Source: a virus. From it: a DNA stretch of 56,946 nucleotides. The notes under the pieces are model-generated. The model saw only the letters and a list, made by a program, of their open reading frames with translations. It was not told where the DNA came from and did no database searches. The stretch lies in the IMG/VR virus record IMGVR_UViG_3300024990_000004; one strand, given 5' to 3'. The translations under genes were made by a program, and so were the position numbers. Position 1 is the stretch's first letter, and every line of letters begins with the position of its first letter. Positions 7,515 to 16,175 of the stretch are shown piece after piece.

Positions 7515-8309
7515 TCAGGCGGGGGATTTGCCGACTTCAGCCAGGTCCGCCTTGAGCTGGGAGAAGTTGAAGGTATTGGGCGCGAGCTGGTTGGCGCCGA
7601 TCCAGTCCTCTGACAGCAGTGCCCAGGCTTCCTCGCCATAGGCATCCCACCAGTCCCAGGTCATGCGCTTTTCCTGGCCCCAGGTGACGCATGTGAGACC
7701 GCTTGCGTCATAGCCGATGACGGCCACGCAATGACCGCCCCAGGAACCCGGTTCGGCATCACCCTTCAGCAAGCGATTGGTGACGCGCCACACGCCCTGG
7801 TTCTGCGCGCTGATCGGCAGTTTCAGGCCAACATAGGCGCCGCCGAACATATAGATCGCAGCTTTCAACAGTTCGTGCCTGCGCACATCCACCGCCACGA
7901 AGGCATCGACCTTGCGGCCGGCAAACTGCCAGTCGCGCAAGGTCCTCAGCACATCGAGCTCGACGCAGCCATTGTCGTTCTTGCCGGTTGTAGGATCGAA
8001 CTGCGCGCCTTCATTGCGCGTGACGATCTCATAGAGCGCCAGGATGTCAGCGTTGGTGACGATGGCTTCCCGGCCGCAACGGTCGTTCCACAGCTTGACC
8101 AGGTGACCGGCGCCGGCTGCCGTGCAGCAGCCATACTGGTCGTTCAGGAACATGTCCCAGCCAGAAATCCCATGTCCCCAGTCGACAGAATCAGGGACGG
8201 CGGGGAGGCTCTTGGGCGACAGATAGCGGGCCAGGCGAAGCGTCCGCGTGTCCTTGATCGCTGGCTTGCGGCCAAGTTTGATGCCGGCGGGATCGTGGAT
8301 TAGGGGCAT
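7515..8309 (-). CDS. papain-like (C1-type) cysteine peptidase
   Basis: 264 aa from ATG 8309 (ATGA overlap). QYGCCTAAG (Cys), GGHCVAVIGYD (His), VTWGQEKRMTWDWW. Confidence 0.65.
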   Translation of the reverse strand: MPLIHDPAGIKLGRKPAIKDTRTLRLARYLSPKSLPAVPDSVDWGHGISGWDMFLNDQYGCCTAAGAGHLVKLWNDRCGREAIVTNADILALYEIVTRNEGAQFDPTTGKNDNGCVELDVLRTLRDWQFAGRKVDAFVAVDVRRHELLKAAIYMFGGAYVGLKLPISAQNQGVWRVTNRLLKGDAEPGSWGGHCVAVIGYDASGLTCVTWGQEKRMTWDWWDAYGEEAWALLSEDWIGANQLAPNTFNFSQLKADLAEVGKSPA

Positions 8310-8701
8310 CAGGATACCGTCGCGCTGGCGAAGACGGCGAAGGACCCCTGGCCGGTCGAGCCGTTCACATAGCGACAGCGCCAGAACCTGGCCCGCACGC
8401 GCGCATTGAGGTCTGTGGTCGTGTTGGCGGAGACGGATGCCGTTGCCTGGACGGTCCAGGCCGAGGCGTCGGCCGACATGTCGAGATAGGCCGTGCCGGA
8501 TTGATCGGCGCGGAAGACGCATCCGACCTGGTCGTAATAGGGGATGGGCCCGACATCGTGCGCGCTGCCCGTATAGGTGGCGCTGCCGGTCAGGGCCGTC
8601 GCCGTCTCCGAATAGAGAGCCGTAGCTTGGCCCAATTGCTGGGCATAAGCCGGGACGCAGAAGGCCAGCGCGAGCGCCAGTCCCAAAAGGATCTTCTTCA
8701 T
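8309..8701 (-). CDS. secreted hypothetical protein (Sec signal peptide)
   Basis: N-terminus MKKILLGLALALAFCVPAYA-QQ. Confidence 0.65.
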   Translation of the reverse strand: MKKILLGLALALAFCVPAYAQQLGQATALYSETATALTGSATYTGSAHDVGPIPYYDQVGCVFRADQSGTAYLDMSADASAWTVQATASVSANTTTDLNARVRARFWRCRYVNGSTGQGSFAVFASATVS

Positions 8702-9135
8702 TTCACACCTCGATAGAAAAGCTGATTGCCGAACTGGCCGCAGAAGATGGCCGGCGGGACGCGGCGCAGAAGCGAGCCCGCAACCCAGGACGGCGCCTTG
8801 ACGATCTTTGGGTTAAAATAGTGGGTCGCGCCGCCGGTTGGATCGGCTTCCCCGATAAGGGCGGCCCCAAGCATTTGCGCCAGGCTAACCAGGACGGGGT
8901 CATTGTCTGCCAGGCGGAAAGCCTTGGCGCGGTTCGGGTCGTCGCGGTTCCAGCCCGAGAACTGAAACCAGCCCTTGTATTCGGAGAAGACCACTTCCCC
9001 GAGGCTGTCGCCCCAACGCCCGTCATGCAGACGGTTGACCAGCACATGACAGACCGCCCGCTGGCCCTCGATTGGCTCGCCCCTGCATTCCTGCCACGCC
9101 GTGCGCGCGCCCGCGCCGATGTTCCAGTCCATCAA
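8698..9135 (-). CDS. SleB/CwlJ-family cell-wall hydrolase (endolysin)
   Basis: ARTAWQECRGEPIEGQRAVCHVLVNR...FQFSGWN matches the Hydrolase_2 signature. Confidence 0.85.
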   Translation of the reverse strand: MMDWNIGAGARTAWQECRGEPIEGQRAVCHVLVNRLHDGRWGDSLGEVVFSEYKGWFQFSGWNRDDPNRAKAFRLADNDPVLVSLAQMLGAALIGEADPTGGATHYFNPKIVKAPSWVAGSLLRRVPPAIFCGQFGNQLFYRGVK

Positions 9136-9878
9136 CAGGTGTAGGCAAAGGTGACCGAGCCCGGAGAGGCCGCGCCGGGCAGGTTCACTCCGTCGCCGCC
9201 GTCACCGCCCAAGCCGCCAGACCCGGAGCCAGAGCCGCCAGAGCCCCCACTGCCGCCGCCGATACCACCGCTTCCCACTCCGCCGGTGCCACCCGTGATA
9301 TTGCTGGAGCCGCCAGAAGCCGTGCCGCCGCTCGCACCTGAACCGCCCCCTGAGCTGGTGGCGTTGTGCCCTGTCCCGCCAGGACCTCCCGACATGGAAT
9401 AACTGCCGCTGCTGAGGCTGGCTGAGGCCGTGGAAGTCCCGGCCGCCCCGCCGACCGAATAGGAAAAGCCGGCGCTGCGATCCGACGTGCCCAAGGTGAT
9501 GGCGCGCACGGCGCTGCCGCCCTGCCCGCCACCGCCGCCGCCATAATAGGTATCGGCGCCATCGTAATAGCCGAAGCCACCGGAACCACCCCCGCCTGCC
9601 ACAGTGACCGTGAGCGTTCCGCTGGCATTGGGGATGGTCTCAGTGCCGCTGCCGCTGTTGTAGGTGTGGGTGACGGCGGAGCAAGCCTGATAGACCAGCT
9701 GCCAGGTACCGGAAACGTTCTCATAGACAGAGTTGACCGAGTGCCATGTGCCCGAGACTTTGACGCTCGGGGTGACAACGGTGTGATAGGTGCCTCCGAC
9801 ATTAACGGAAAGCGTCGGCGCGGCGACTGCTGACTGGGTCAGCAGCGCGGCGAAGATGAGAGCGAGAAACCGACGCAT
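9132..9878 (-). CDS. glycine-rich protein with N-terminal signal peptide (tail-fibre module)
   Basis: ATG 9878 in an ATGA overlap. MRRFLALIFAALLTQSAVAA, followed by long GGxGG tracts. Confidence 0.7.
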   Translation of the reverse strand: MRRFLALIFAALLTQSAVAAPTLSVNVGGTYHTVVTPSVKVSGTWHSVNSVYENVSGTWQLVYQACSAVTHTYNSGSGTETIPNASGTLTVTVAGGGGSGGFGYYDGADTYYGGGGGGQGGSAVRAITLGTSDRSAGFSYSVGGAAGTSTASASLSSGSYSMSGGPGGTGHNATSSGGGSGASGGTASGGSSNITGGTGGVGSGGIGGGSGGSGGSGSGSGGLGGDGGDGVNLPGAASPGSVTFAYTC

Positions 9879-10990
9879 CAGTATTGCATCCATATATCAC
9901 CATCGCTGCCACCGCTCGGGCCTGATGTCGAAATGGTGATGTTGTGCGTGGCTATGGATCCAAGACCGAGATTGCTTCGCGCGCTCGATGCGTTGGACAG
10001 ATCGCTCAAGTTGTTGGAGCGATAGGCATATGTGGTATCGCCACCGGTCGCGGTTACGCCAAGATTGGAACGAGCATTTGCAACATTCGAGAGATCGGAA
10101 AGATTGTAGCTTTTGCGCATCACATCGGAATAGGTGATCCCGGACGTCGCCAACTTTCCGCTGTAATAAATGGCAAGATCGTTGTTGCCCATGCTCTCAT
10201 AAAGCATCGGCACATTCCCCGCGCTGCTGCCATAGCTGAGAGTCGCAGCCGTACCCAGCCCAAGATTGCTTCTTGCCGTGGATGCGCTGGTCAGGTCGAA
10301 AAGATTGGACGATTTCTGCAGGCTTGCTGCCTGGGCGCTGGCTGCGGCGCCGGCGGCATCAAACGCCCCAGTGTTTTGGGTCGCGGCAGTTCCCAGCCCA
10401 AGGTTGCTGCGTGCCGTCGCTGCGCTCGACACATCCGACAGGTTGCTGTTGGCCTTCAGAAAGGCCGAAAGGTCCGGATAGGTCGCGCTGAGGATCTGAA
10501 AGCCGCCGCTGCCGCTGTTCAGGGTCCCGTCATAAGCGGCACAGAACTGTCCGCCACTGACGATCTGTCCCGCCCCGATGGCGACAATCGACGAGCCCGT
10601 ATTGACATAGATGGGCTTGGCACCGAGGGAATTGATCTTCAGCGTATCGCTACCGACCGACGTGAAATTCGCCTTGGCGCAGTAGATCTCGCCCTGGCTG
10701 TAGGTGGTGGGAAAAGCGGTATTGGTGGTGGTGATCACATAGGCGCCGGCCGAGCCGGTCGTGCTCAGCGTGGGGTTCGCCCGCTCCCACCACCGCTTGG
10801 TCGCGCCCATGTTGGCGCGCGCGGCCGGTTCGACCTGGTTTGCGAACATGCCACTTGGCCAGCCGTTCGGGGGCGCCGAATTGTTGCTGCCGTCGGTGGT
10901 GGAGTAGCTGCCGTTGGAGATGTCGTCTGCCAGAACGGCAGATGGCAGCAACAAGAGCACGCACAGAAGCGCGCGGCGGATCATACGCAT
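9878..10990 (-). CDS. tail fibre protein with four NLSDLSN..ARSNLGLG repeats
   Basis: The repeated ARSNLGLG motif is typical of phage fibre repeats. N-terminus looks like a Sec signal (LLCVLLLLPSAVLA-DD). Confidence 0.75.
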   Translation of the reverse strand: MRMIRRALLCVLLLLPSAVLADDISNGSYSTTDGSNNSAPPNGWPSGMFANQVEPAARANMGATKRWWERANPTLSTTGSAGAYVITTTNTAFPTTYSQGEIYCAKANFTSVGSDTLKINSLGAKPIYVNTGSSIVAIGAGQIVSGGQFCAAYDGTLNSGSGGFQILSATYPDLSAFLKANSNLSDVSSAATARSNLGLGTAATQNTGAFDAAGAAASAQAASLQKSSNLFDLTSASTARSNLGLGTAATLSYGSSAGNVPMLYESMGNNDLAIYYSGKLATSGITYSDVMRKSYNLSDLSNVANARSNLGVTATGGDTTYAYRSNNLSDLSNASSARSNLGLGSIATHNITISTSGPSGGSDGDIWMQY

Positions 10991-11002
10991 GGATGGCTCC
11001 GA

Positions 11003-13096
11003 TTACTGGCTGGTGAGGGCCTTGACCGCGGGCTGCGCGGTTTGGGCGCCCAGGACGCCGAAGATCTTCGCCCGGCGCGGCGGGGGCAGCAGCTTGGCGT
11101 TCGAATTGCTGGCCTTCATCATGAGGTCCTTGGCCAGCTGGGGATCGTGCATGGCCTCGGTGATGAGATCGACGACCTTGTCGCGCGGCGCCGCATAGAG
11201 CTTGTTGATAAGCCCGGCGACCTTCTCGCCGCCGAACATGCCCGCAACGGCTCCAATTTTGCCTTCGGTCAGATAGCCCGCCGCGGCACCACCCATGGTG
11301 GCCACGCCATTGACCAACTTGGACGCGCCTGGGCCGATCAGGGCGTCGATGAACTTGTCGCCCTGCAGGTTCTGGAAGGTGTCGCTCCCCATGCCCGGCG
11401 GCCTGGCGTTCACCGTGCGATTTGCCATCTGCGTCGCCTTGGCGATGCGCCCGACCAGATCGCGCTGTGGCTGGGTGAATGCCGGCGAGTTGATGACGTG
11501 CCCATAGTCGGACAGGAATTTCTGCATCTTCGCCAGCGATACGAGCTGCTGACCGTTGGCATCGAGGCCGGCATTGCTGACCTGGCCGAGAAATTTCTGG
11601 GTGAAGGCATCCTGGGCGGCTTTTAACCCGTCGGGGTCATAGGTGACCTTTCCGTTCGCATCCTTGGTGGCAATGGCGTTCAGATAGGCGTTGAAATCCT
11701 CCCGCGCGCCCTTGCCGGTGCGGATGAAGTGATCGGCCGTCGCGCTGACGGGCACGCGATCAGCGCCATGGGAGTCGACACCCAGGGCTTTGCGCACTGC
11801 TGGCGGCTGATCGAAGGCCTGCTTCATCTCGCGCGTGTCGGCGCGCGCCTGATTATACAGCGGCAGCTTTTGGCCTAGATTGGCAGCCTTCATGTCGATG
11901 AAGGACTCGGTTTGATCTGCGAGCCCCTTCAGGACCCGGGCCGTATTGGTGTCGCCGCTGCGCGCCGCCATCGTGGCCATGCTGCCCAGGCGCGACCGGA
12001 TCGCCTGCACATCGCTCAGGTTCTGCGTCTTCGCCGCGCCCATCTTCTCGATGGTGCCCATCACATCCTGCGGGACGATGTCCTGGTCGGGAATGGGAAG
12101 CCCCGCCACATACTTCTTCATGAAGTCGTTGAACTGGAAGCCCGAGATGCCGCCGGTGTTCGAGACGTCGGCCGCTTTCCATGCGGCGGAGTTGGCAGCC
12201 TTGCGGTTCGCCCAGGACCGATCCAGCGCAGCAGACATTGCCGCAGAAGCATCGCTGCCCGTGTCGCCCAATGTGCCGATGGCGTTCCGCACGGCGCCAT
12301 TGTTCGCCGTGTTCGCGTCGGCTGCGCGCTGCGCCCCCATAGGCGTGGCCTGGCTGACATTGCGTTCCAGCCAGAGCAGCCCTGCATCCCCGGTGGATTG
12401 CCCCGTCGTCAAATGCATGCCGGGGAGCGGCGCTTGTTCGAAGACGTTCCCGTTGGTCTTGGTGTCATTGATGACGCGACCGGCGGCGGTCTCTATCCCG
12501 TCCTTGCCAAAGACATTGGCGCGCGCCGCAAGCCGGAAGGGAACCTTGGCGATGCCCGTGACAACAGGCATGGCCGCGCCAGCCACCCCACCAGCAGCAG
12601 CGCCCAGGCCGGTCGCGGTCAAGTCCTGACCCAGACTCGTATCGTCCGTGCTGCCGAAGCCATAGGCCCCGCCCACGGCCGCTCCGGTCAGGCCGCTGCG
12701 CAGGGCGGCGCCACCCATTGTCTTCGCCGCCGCCGCTTCGGGCCCGGCGATCAGCATGGGGGCGATGACGCCCGCCGCCTTGGCCGACTTGGCGCCCCCC
12801 CATCCCGGATTTGCCGCTTCATAGTCCCCGAAATCGCGCCGGACGTTCACCAGGCTTTTCTGGTACCTGTCCCCGAAATCACCCTCCTGGACGCCCCCAG
12901 GAAGCTCTCCAGAGGCTTTCAGGGCCGCCTCGACCTTATCGCTGAGGCCGCCCGTCGCCTGGTGAAGGGCGTCCTCGAACCAGTTGGTGCGGTTGTCGGG
13001 GGCCGCCCGGACCGCCGTGGGGCCGATAGCCTTGAAAAGGTCCGTCTGGGAGGCCTCTGGGGCGATTCCGGCGGCCGAAAAGAGGTCGTCTGCCAT
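11003..13096 (-). CDS. large internal virion / ejection protein (697 aa)
   Basis: Gly/Ala-rich hydrophobic segment near the N-terminus. Sits in the block of three large proteins downstream of the tail genes. Confidence 0.6.
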   Translation of the reverse strand: MADDLFSAAGIAPEASQTDLFKAIGPTAVRAAPDNRTNWFEDALHQATGGLSDKVEAALKASGELPGGVQEGDFGDRYQKSLVNVRRDFGDYEAANPGWGGAKSAKAAGVIAPMLIAGPEAAAAKTMGGAALRSGLTGAAVGGAYGFGSTDDTSLGQDLTATGLGAAAGGVAGAAMPVVTGIAKVPFRLAARANVFGKDGIETAAGRVINDTKTNGNVFEQAPLPGMHLTTGQSTGDAGLLWLERNVSQATPMGAQRAADANTANNGAVRNAIGTLGDTGSDASAAMSAALDRSWANRKAANSAAWKAADVSNTGGISGFQFNDFMKKYVAGLPIPDQDIVPQDVMGTIEKMGAAKTQNLSDVQAIRSRLGSMATMAARSGDTNTARVLKGLADQTESFIDMKAANLGQKLPLYNQARADTREMKQAFDQPPAVRKALGVDSHGADRVPVSATADHFIRTGKGAREDFNAYLNAIATKDANGKVTYDPDGLKAAQDAFTQKFLGQVSNAGLDANGQQLVSLAKMQKFLSDYGHVINSPAFTQPQRDLVGRIAKATQMANRTVNARPPGMGSDTFQNLQGDKFIDALIGPGASKLVNGVATMGGAAAGYLTEGKIGAVAGMFGGEKVAGLINKLYAAPRDKVVDLITEAMHDPQLAKDLMMKASNSNAKLLPPPRRAKIFGVLGAQTAQPAVKALTSQ

Positions 13097-13144
13097 TTAA
13101 GACCCCCTCCGAAGGGGTTATATTGTGACCAGGAAGGAACCCTG

Positions 13145-13378
13145 ATGCGCCTCTACAACCGCCACGGCTTCGAAATCCCCGAACCCAGCTTCATCTGGGC
13201 GGACCGGCTGGGCATCGGCTTCTGGCTGCTGATCGGCTTCCCGGGGAGCCTGGTCTATCTGTTCTGGGGCGACCCTGGAGCTTTCAAGCTGTTCGAGCAG
13301 ATCATCGGCGTTCTGACGCTGGGCTTCTGGTTTTCCCTGCGCGTCATCGACTGGATGGCCACAGGGCGCATCCGTTAA
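13145..13378 (+). CDS. small two-TM membrane protein on the opposite strand (moron-like)
   Basis: 77 aa. RBS AGGAAGGA lies 7 nt before the ATG. It fills the only gap in the structural block, and its stop overlaps the convergent stop (TTAA). Confidence 0.55.
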   Translation: MRLYNRHGFEIPEPSFIWADRLGIGFWLLIGFPGSLVYLFWGDPGAFKLFEQIIGVLTLGFWFSLRVIDWMATGRIR

Positions 13379-15669
13379 GGCACCTTGTATCCGGCCGCCC
13401 GCATCTGCTGCTTCACATAATCCTCGGTCTTGCCGTACTTCTTCGCGGTCGCGGCGATAGCTTTCGGCGTGATTTTTGCCTGCACGGCGGGGTCTGGCCC
13501 CTTCTTGTCGCGGCCTGACGGGGTGTCCTTTCCGCCCGGCATCTTCCAGCCGGACGCCGCTGCCTTGTCCGCGATCCGATTGTAGGCATCCACCTCGGGA
13601 TACATTTCATTGAACCTGGCGTCGAAGTCCCCGAGCGAGCCGAAGCGGGCCATGTACTGCCGCGCCAGGTCGGCGCGCGAGTCCCGCCAGCGCTGGTCGG
13701 CCAGGATGTTGTTCAGGATTTCGACGTTGGCGGCCACCGGAAGGCCGGTGTTCGGGTTGGCCTGCTTCAGGCCTTCGATCTCGCTCACCATCGGACGTCC
13801 ACCGATCTGCTTGAGCTGGGCAAACACCAGATCGGTCGCGAGCTTGTTGAAAGCGGCGGCGTCGTTTGGGTCGAAATTCTTGGGCACCAGGCGCGCGGCG
13901 CCGATCTGCTGCGCATAGTTTGCCAGGTTGGAAGCGGCGTTGGTCATATTGCCGGTGGACAGCCCCCGGCCCATGATCTGATAGAGCTGCTGCAGGTTGG
14001 TGTAGACCTTCTGGCCGCCCGCCGCTTCCTTCGAATACTGCTCGAGGCGATCGGCATCCAGCTTCTGGATCTCTTCGGTGCCCTTGCTCGGCTCGCCCAG
14101 AAGCGCGCCGGCCGGTGCCATCGGCCGCCCAGGCACCTGATAGTTCGGGCCCAGCTTGGAAAGAAAATCCTCCAGCTTCGTCGGGATGCCGATGGCGCTG
14201 TTCTGCACCGGCGTATTGGGCTGGCCGGCGGCGGGAGCCGGCTGCTGTTGCGGGGTGACGGAGGGCGCATTGAACTGGACGCCCTTCATTTCCTGGCGGG
14301 CGTGGGAATAGACATCCGCCACGGTCGCGTCCTTAAGATCGGGATTGGCCGCGATCACCGCGGGCGGCAAAATCTTGGTCAGCGGCGTGTTGGCTGGGGC
14401 CTTCAGGATCGTGGCCGCGCCCTGCGGTCCGAAATGGTGCGCCATGTAGAGTTCGGGCGCGCCGATATTCTGCACGCCGGAGGCCTGCAGGGCCCCGGCG
14501 TTTTCCCGCGCATAGGCGTTCGTCACGAAAGACGACACCTGCGGGTCTTTTCGCAGCGCCAGCAGCTGCTGATCGGTGCGGCCCTGCGTGATGTTCGCCG
14601 GCAGATATTTCTTGGCCTGTTCCAGCCAGGTCTGGTTCAGGAACTGGTGCGCGCCTTCGGCCGACGAGGCGCCATTCTCGGCGCCGGCGTTACCGCCGCT
14701 TTCGATTTGGGCCACGCGCTGGGCATACCCGCCGCCGGGAGCAGAGGCACCGGGCTGGGCGGGCGCGCCGTTGACCAAAGCTGTCCTTGGCACGATGTAC
14801 TCGTTGCCCGCCTGGTCGTAGGTTTCGAGCGGCTGGTACTGGGCTTTCGCGCCTTCCTTGACGGAAGCCACCTTCCCAATCAGCGGCATGGCGCCAGGCA
14901 CTTCGACGGCCTCGCCCTGGTCGTTCAGCGTGGTGCCCTCCGGCAGCTGCGGGTTCTTGAAGGCGATGTCGTAGCCCCCGACTGTGCCGTCATCATTCTT
15001 CTTGCTGGGATTCCAGATCGTCACGACGCCGCCCTGACGAACATCCGGGGTCATATTGATACCCGCGGAATGCGCAGCGGCGCGTTCGGCCTCTGCGCGC
15101 TCCGGGCTGCCGGGGCGCAGCATCGAGGCATAGAGCTTTGCCTTGCCGTAATCGGTGGGTGCGAAACCCAGAAGCTTCTGCACCAGGGCCGTTCCCATGG
15201 CTGAACCGTCCGATGCCGGACCGCCAGGCTGATTGGATGCAGCGCCATCCGCGCCGGTTCCAGGCGCGGCGCCCGCGCCGGAAATGCTCGGCGGTGTCAC
15301 GGCCGGTTTCTGTGGCGGCTGGAACGTCCCGAAGAGCGGACTGGAAGCGCCTGCGCCCTGCATCTGCTGGGCCGTCAGGGGCGGCATACCCATGGCCTTG
15401 CGCAACACATTCTCGATGATGAGCGCCTGGTCGACACCAACCGCCTTGCCTGTGTTTTCGAGCTGGCCACCCTGATAGGCCTGGGCGGCCTTGGCACCTC
15501 CCACGCCCCCCTGATAGGCGCCATCGGCAGCCATGCCGAGGGCCGCACCCGTTCCGATCGGCAATGTGCTTGGCATAGCTGCCTTGCCAAAACCCGAGGC
15601 GAGGCCCGCCAGCGTGCCCAGCGCGGCCTGCGTGTTGGGGTCCTGCCAGTTGAGGTCGAAGAAGCCCAT
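13375..15669 (-). CDS. internal virion protein with lytic transglycosylase domain
   Basis: QIESGGNAGAENGASSAEGAHQFLNQTW is an SLT-like catalytic Glu-Ser motif. 764 aa. Confidence 0.8.
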   Translation of the reverse strand: MGFFDLNWQDPNTQAALGTLAGLASGFGKAAMPSTLPIGTGAALGMAADGAYQGGVGGAKAAQAYQGGQLENTGKAVGVDQALIIENVLRKAMGMPPLTAQQMQGAGASSPLFGTFQPPQKPAVTPPSISGAGAAPGTGADGAASNQPGGPASDGSAMGTALVQKLLGFAPTDYGKAKLYASMLRPGSPERAEAERAAAHSAGINMTPDVRQGGVVTIWNPSKKNDDGTVGGYDIAFKNPQLPEGTTLNDQGEAVEVPGAMPLIGKVASVKEGAKAQYQPLETYDQAGNEYIVPRTALVNGAPAQPGASAPGGGYAQRVAQIESGGNAGAENGASSAEGAHQFLNQTWLEQAKKYLPANITQGRTDQQLLALRKDPQVSSFVTNAYARENAGALQASGVQNIGAPELYMAHHFGPQGAATILKAPANTPLTKILPPAVIAANPDLKDATVADVYSHARQEMKGVQFNAPSVTPQQQPAPAAGQPNTPVQNSAIGIPTKLEDFLSKLGPNYQVPGRPMAPAGALLGEPSKGTEEIQKLDADRLEQYSKEAAGGQKVYTNLQQLYQIMGRGLSTGNMTNAASNLANYAQQIGAARLVPKNFDPNDAAAFNKLATDLVFAQLKQIGGRPMVSEIEGLKQANPNTGLPVAANVEILNNILADQRWRDSRADLARQYMARFGSLGDFDARFNEMYPEVDAYNRIADKAAASGWKMPGGKDTPSGRDKKGPDPAVQAKITPKAIAATAKKYGKTEDYVKQQMRAAGYKVP

Positions 15670-16175
15670 CAGTTCATCATCCCTGAAAATCTGCGCTGTA
15701 ACGCCAGTTCGGCGGTGGTGACATGGACATCACCTCCAGCGGGCACCTGACGCGCCGCCGCGTCAATCGACAGCTGCATGCGGGCATAGGAGGCGAACGC
15801 TTCCCAGATCACATTGCCATCCCGGTCCCGCGCCTGGACAACAGCGCCGCCCCCCGAGTCGAGCACATCGGCTTTCGCTTCTGGATAGCCGAGCATCGCC
15901 GCCAGAGCGCCATCGGTCACCTTCGGCATGGTCTTGAAGATATAGGCCAACTCGGCCGAGACGGTAATCAGCGTGCCTTCTTCGCGCCGCTCGACAAACA
16001 CCCAGACCGGCAAACCCCACTTCAGTTCTGTGCCGGCCGCCAGAAACACGGCTTTCTTCGGATGATCTTCATCCATCAATGCGCGCAGTTGGGCCTCGAT
16101 GTCCCTGTCCAATTCGCGCACGGTCGGCATAACGGCGCGGCGGCTGAAGCGGGCAAAATCGGCCGCATCCATCAT
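15669..16175 (-). CDS. hypothetical protein (168 aa)
   Basis: Tracked ORF, coupled to both neighbours. Confidence 0.6.
   Translation of the reverse strand: MMDAADFARFSRRAVMPTVRELDRDIEAQLRALMDEDHPKKAVFLAAGTELKWGLPVWVFVERREEGTLITVSAELAYIFKTMPKVTDGALAAMLGYPEAKADVLDSGGGAVVQARDRDGNVIWEAFASYARMQLSIDAAARQVPAGGDVHVTTAELALQRRFSGMMN

Noticed and set aside
8310-8522. The N-terminal extension of the peptidase ORF (tracked as 7515..8522).
   Set aside because: The extension overlaps the secreted-protein gene in another frame and is Arg-rich. ATG 8309 sits in an ATGA overlap.
9944-11626. Long plus-strand ORFs antisense to structural genes. This one is 560 aa. Others include 11912..13378 (its 5' part), 14248..15204, 27621..29132, 30883..32343 and 21088..22062.
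   Set aside because: They have the Arg/Gly/Ala/Pro-rich, low-information composition typical of shadow ORFs in GC-rich DNA. The opposite strand carries motif-supported genes (fibre, transglycosylase, portal, TerL).
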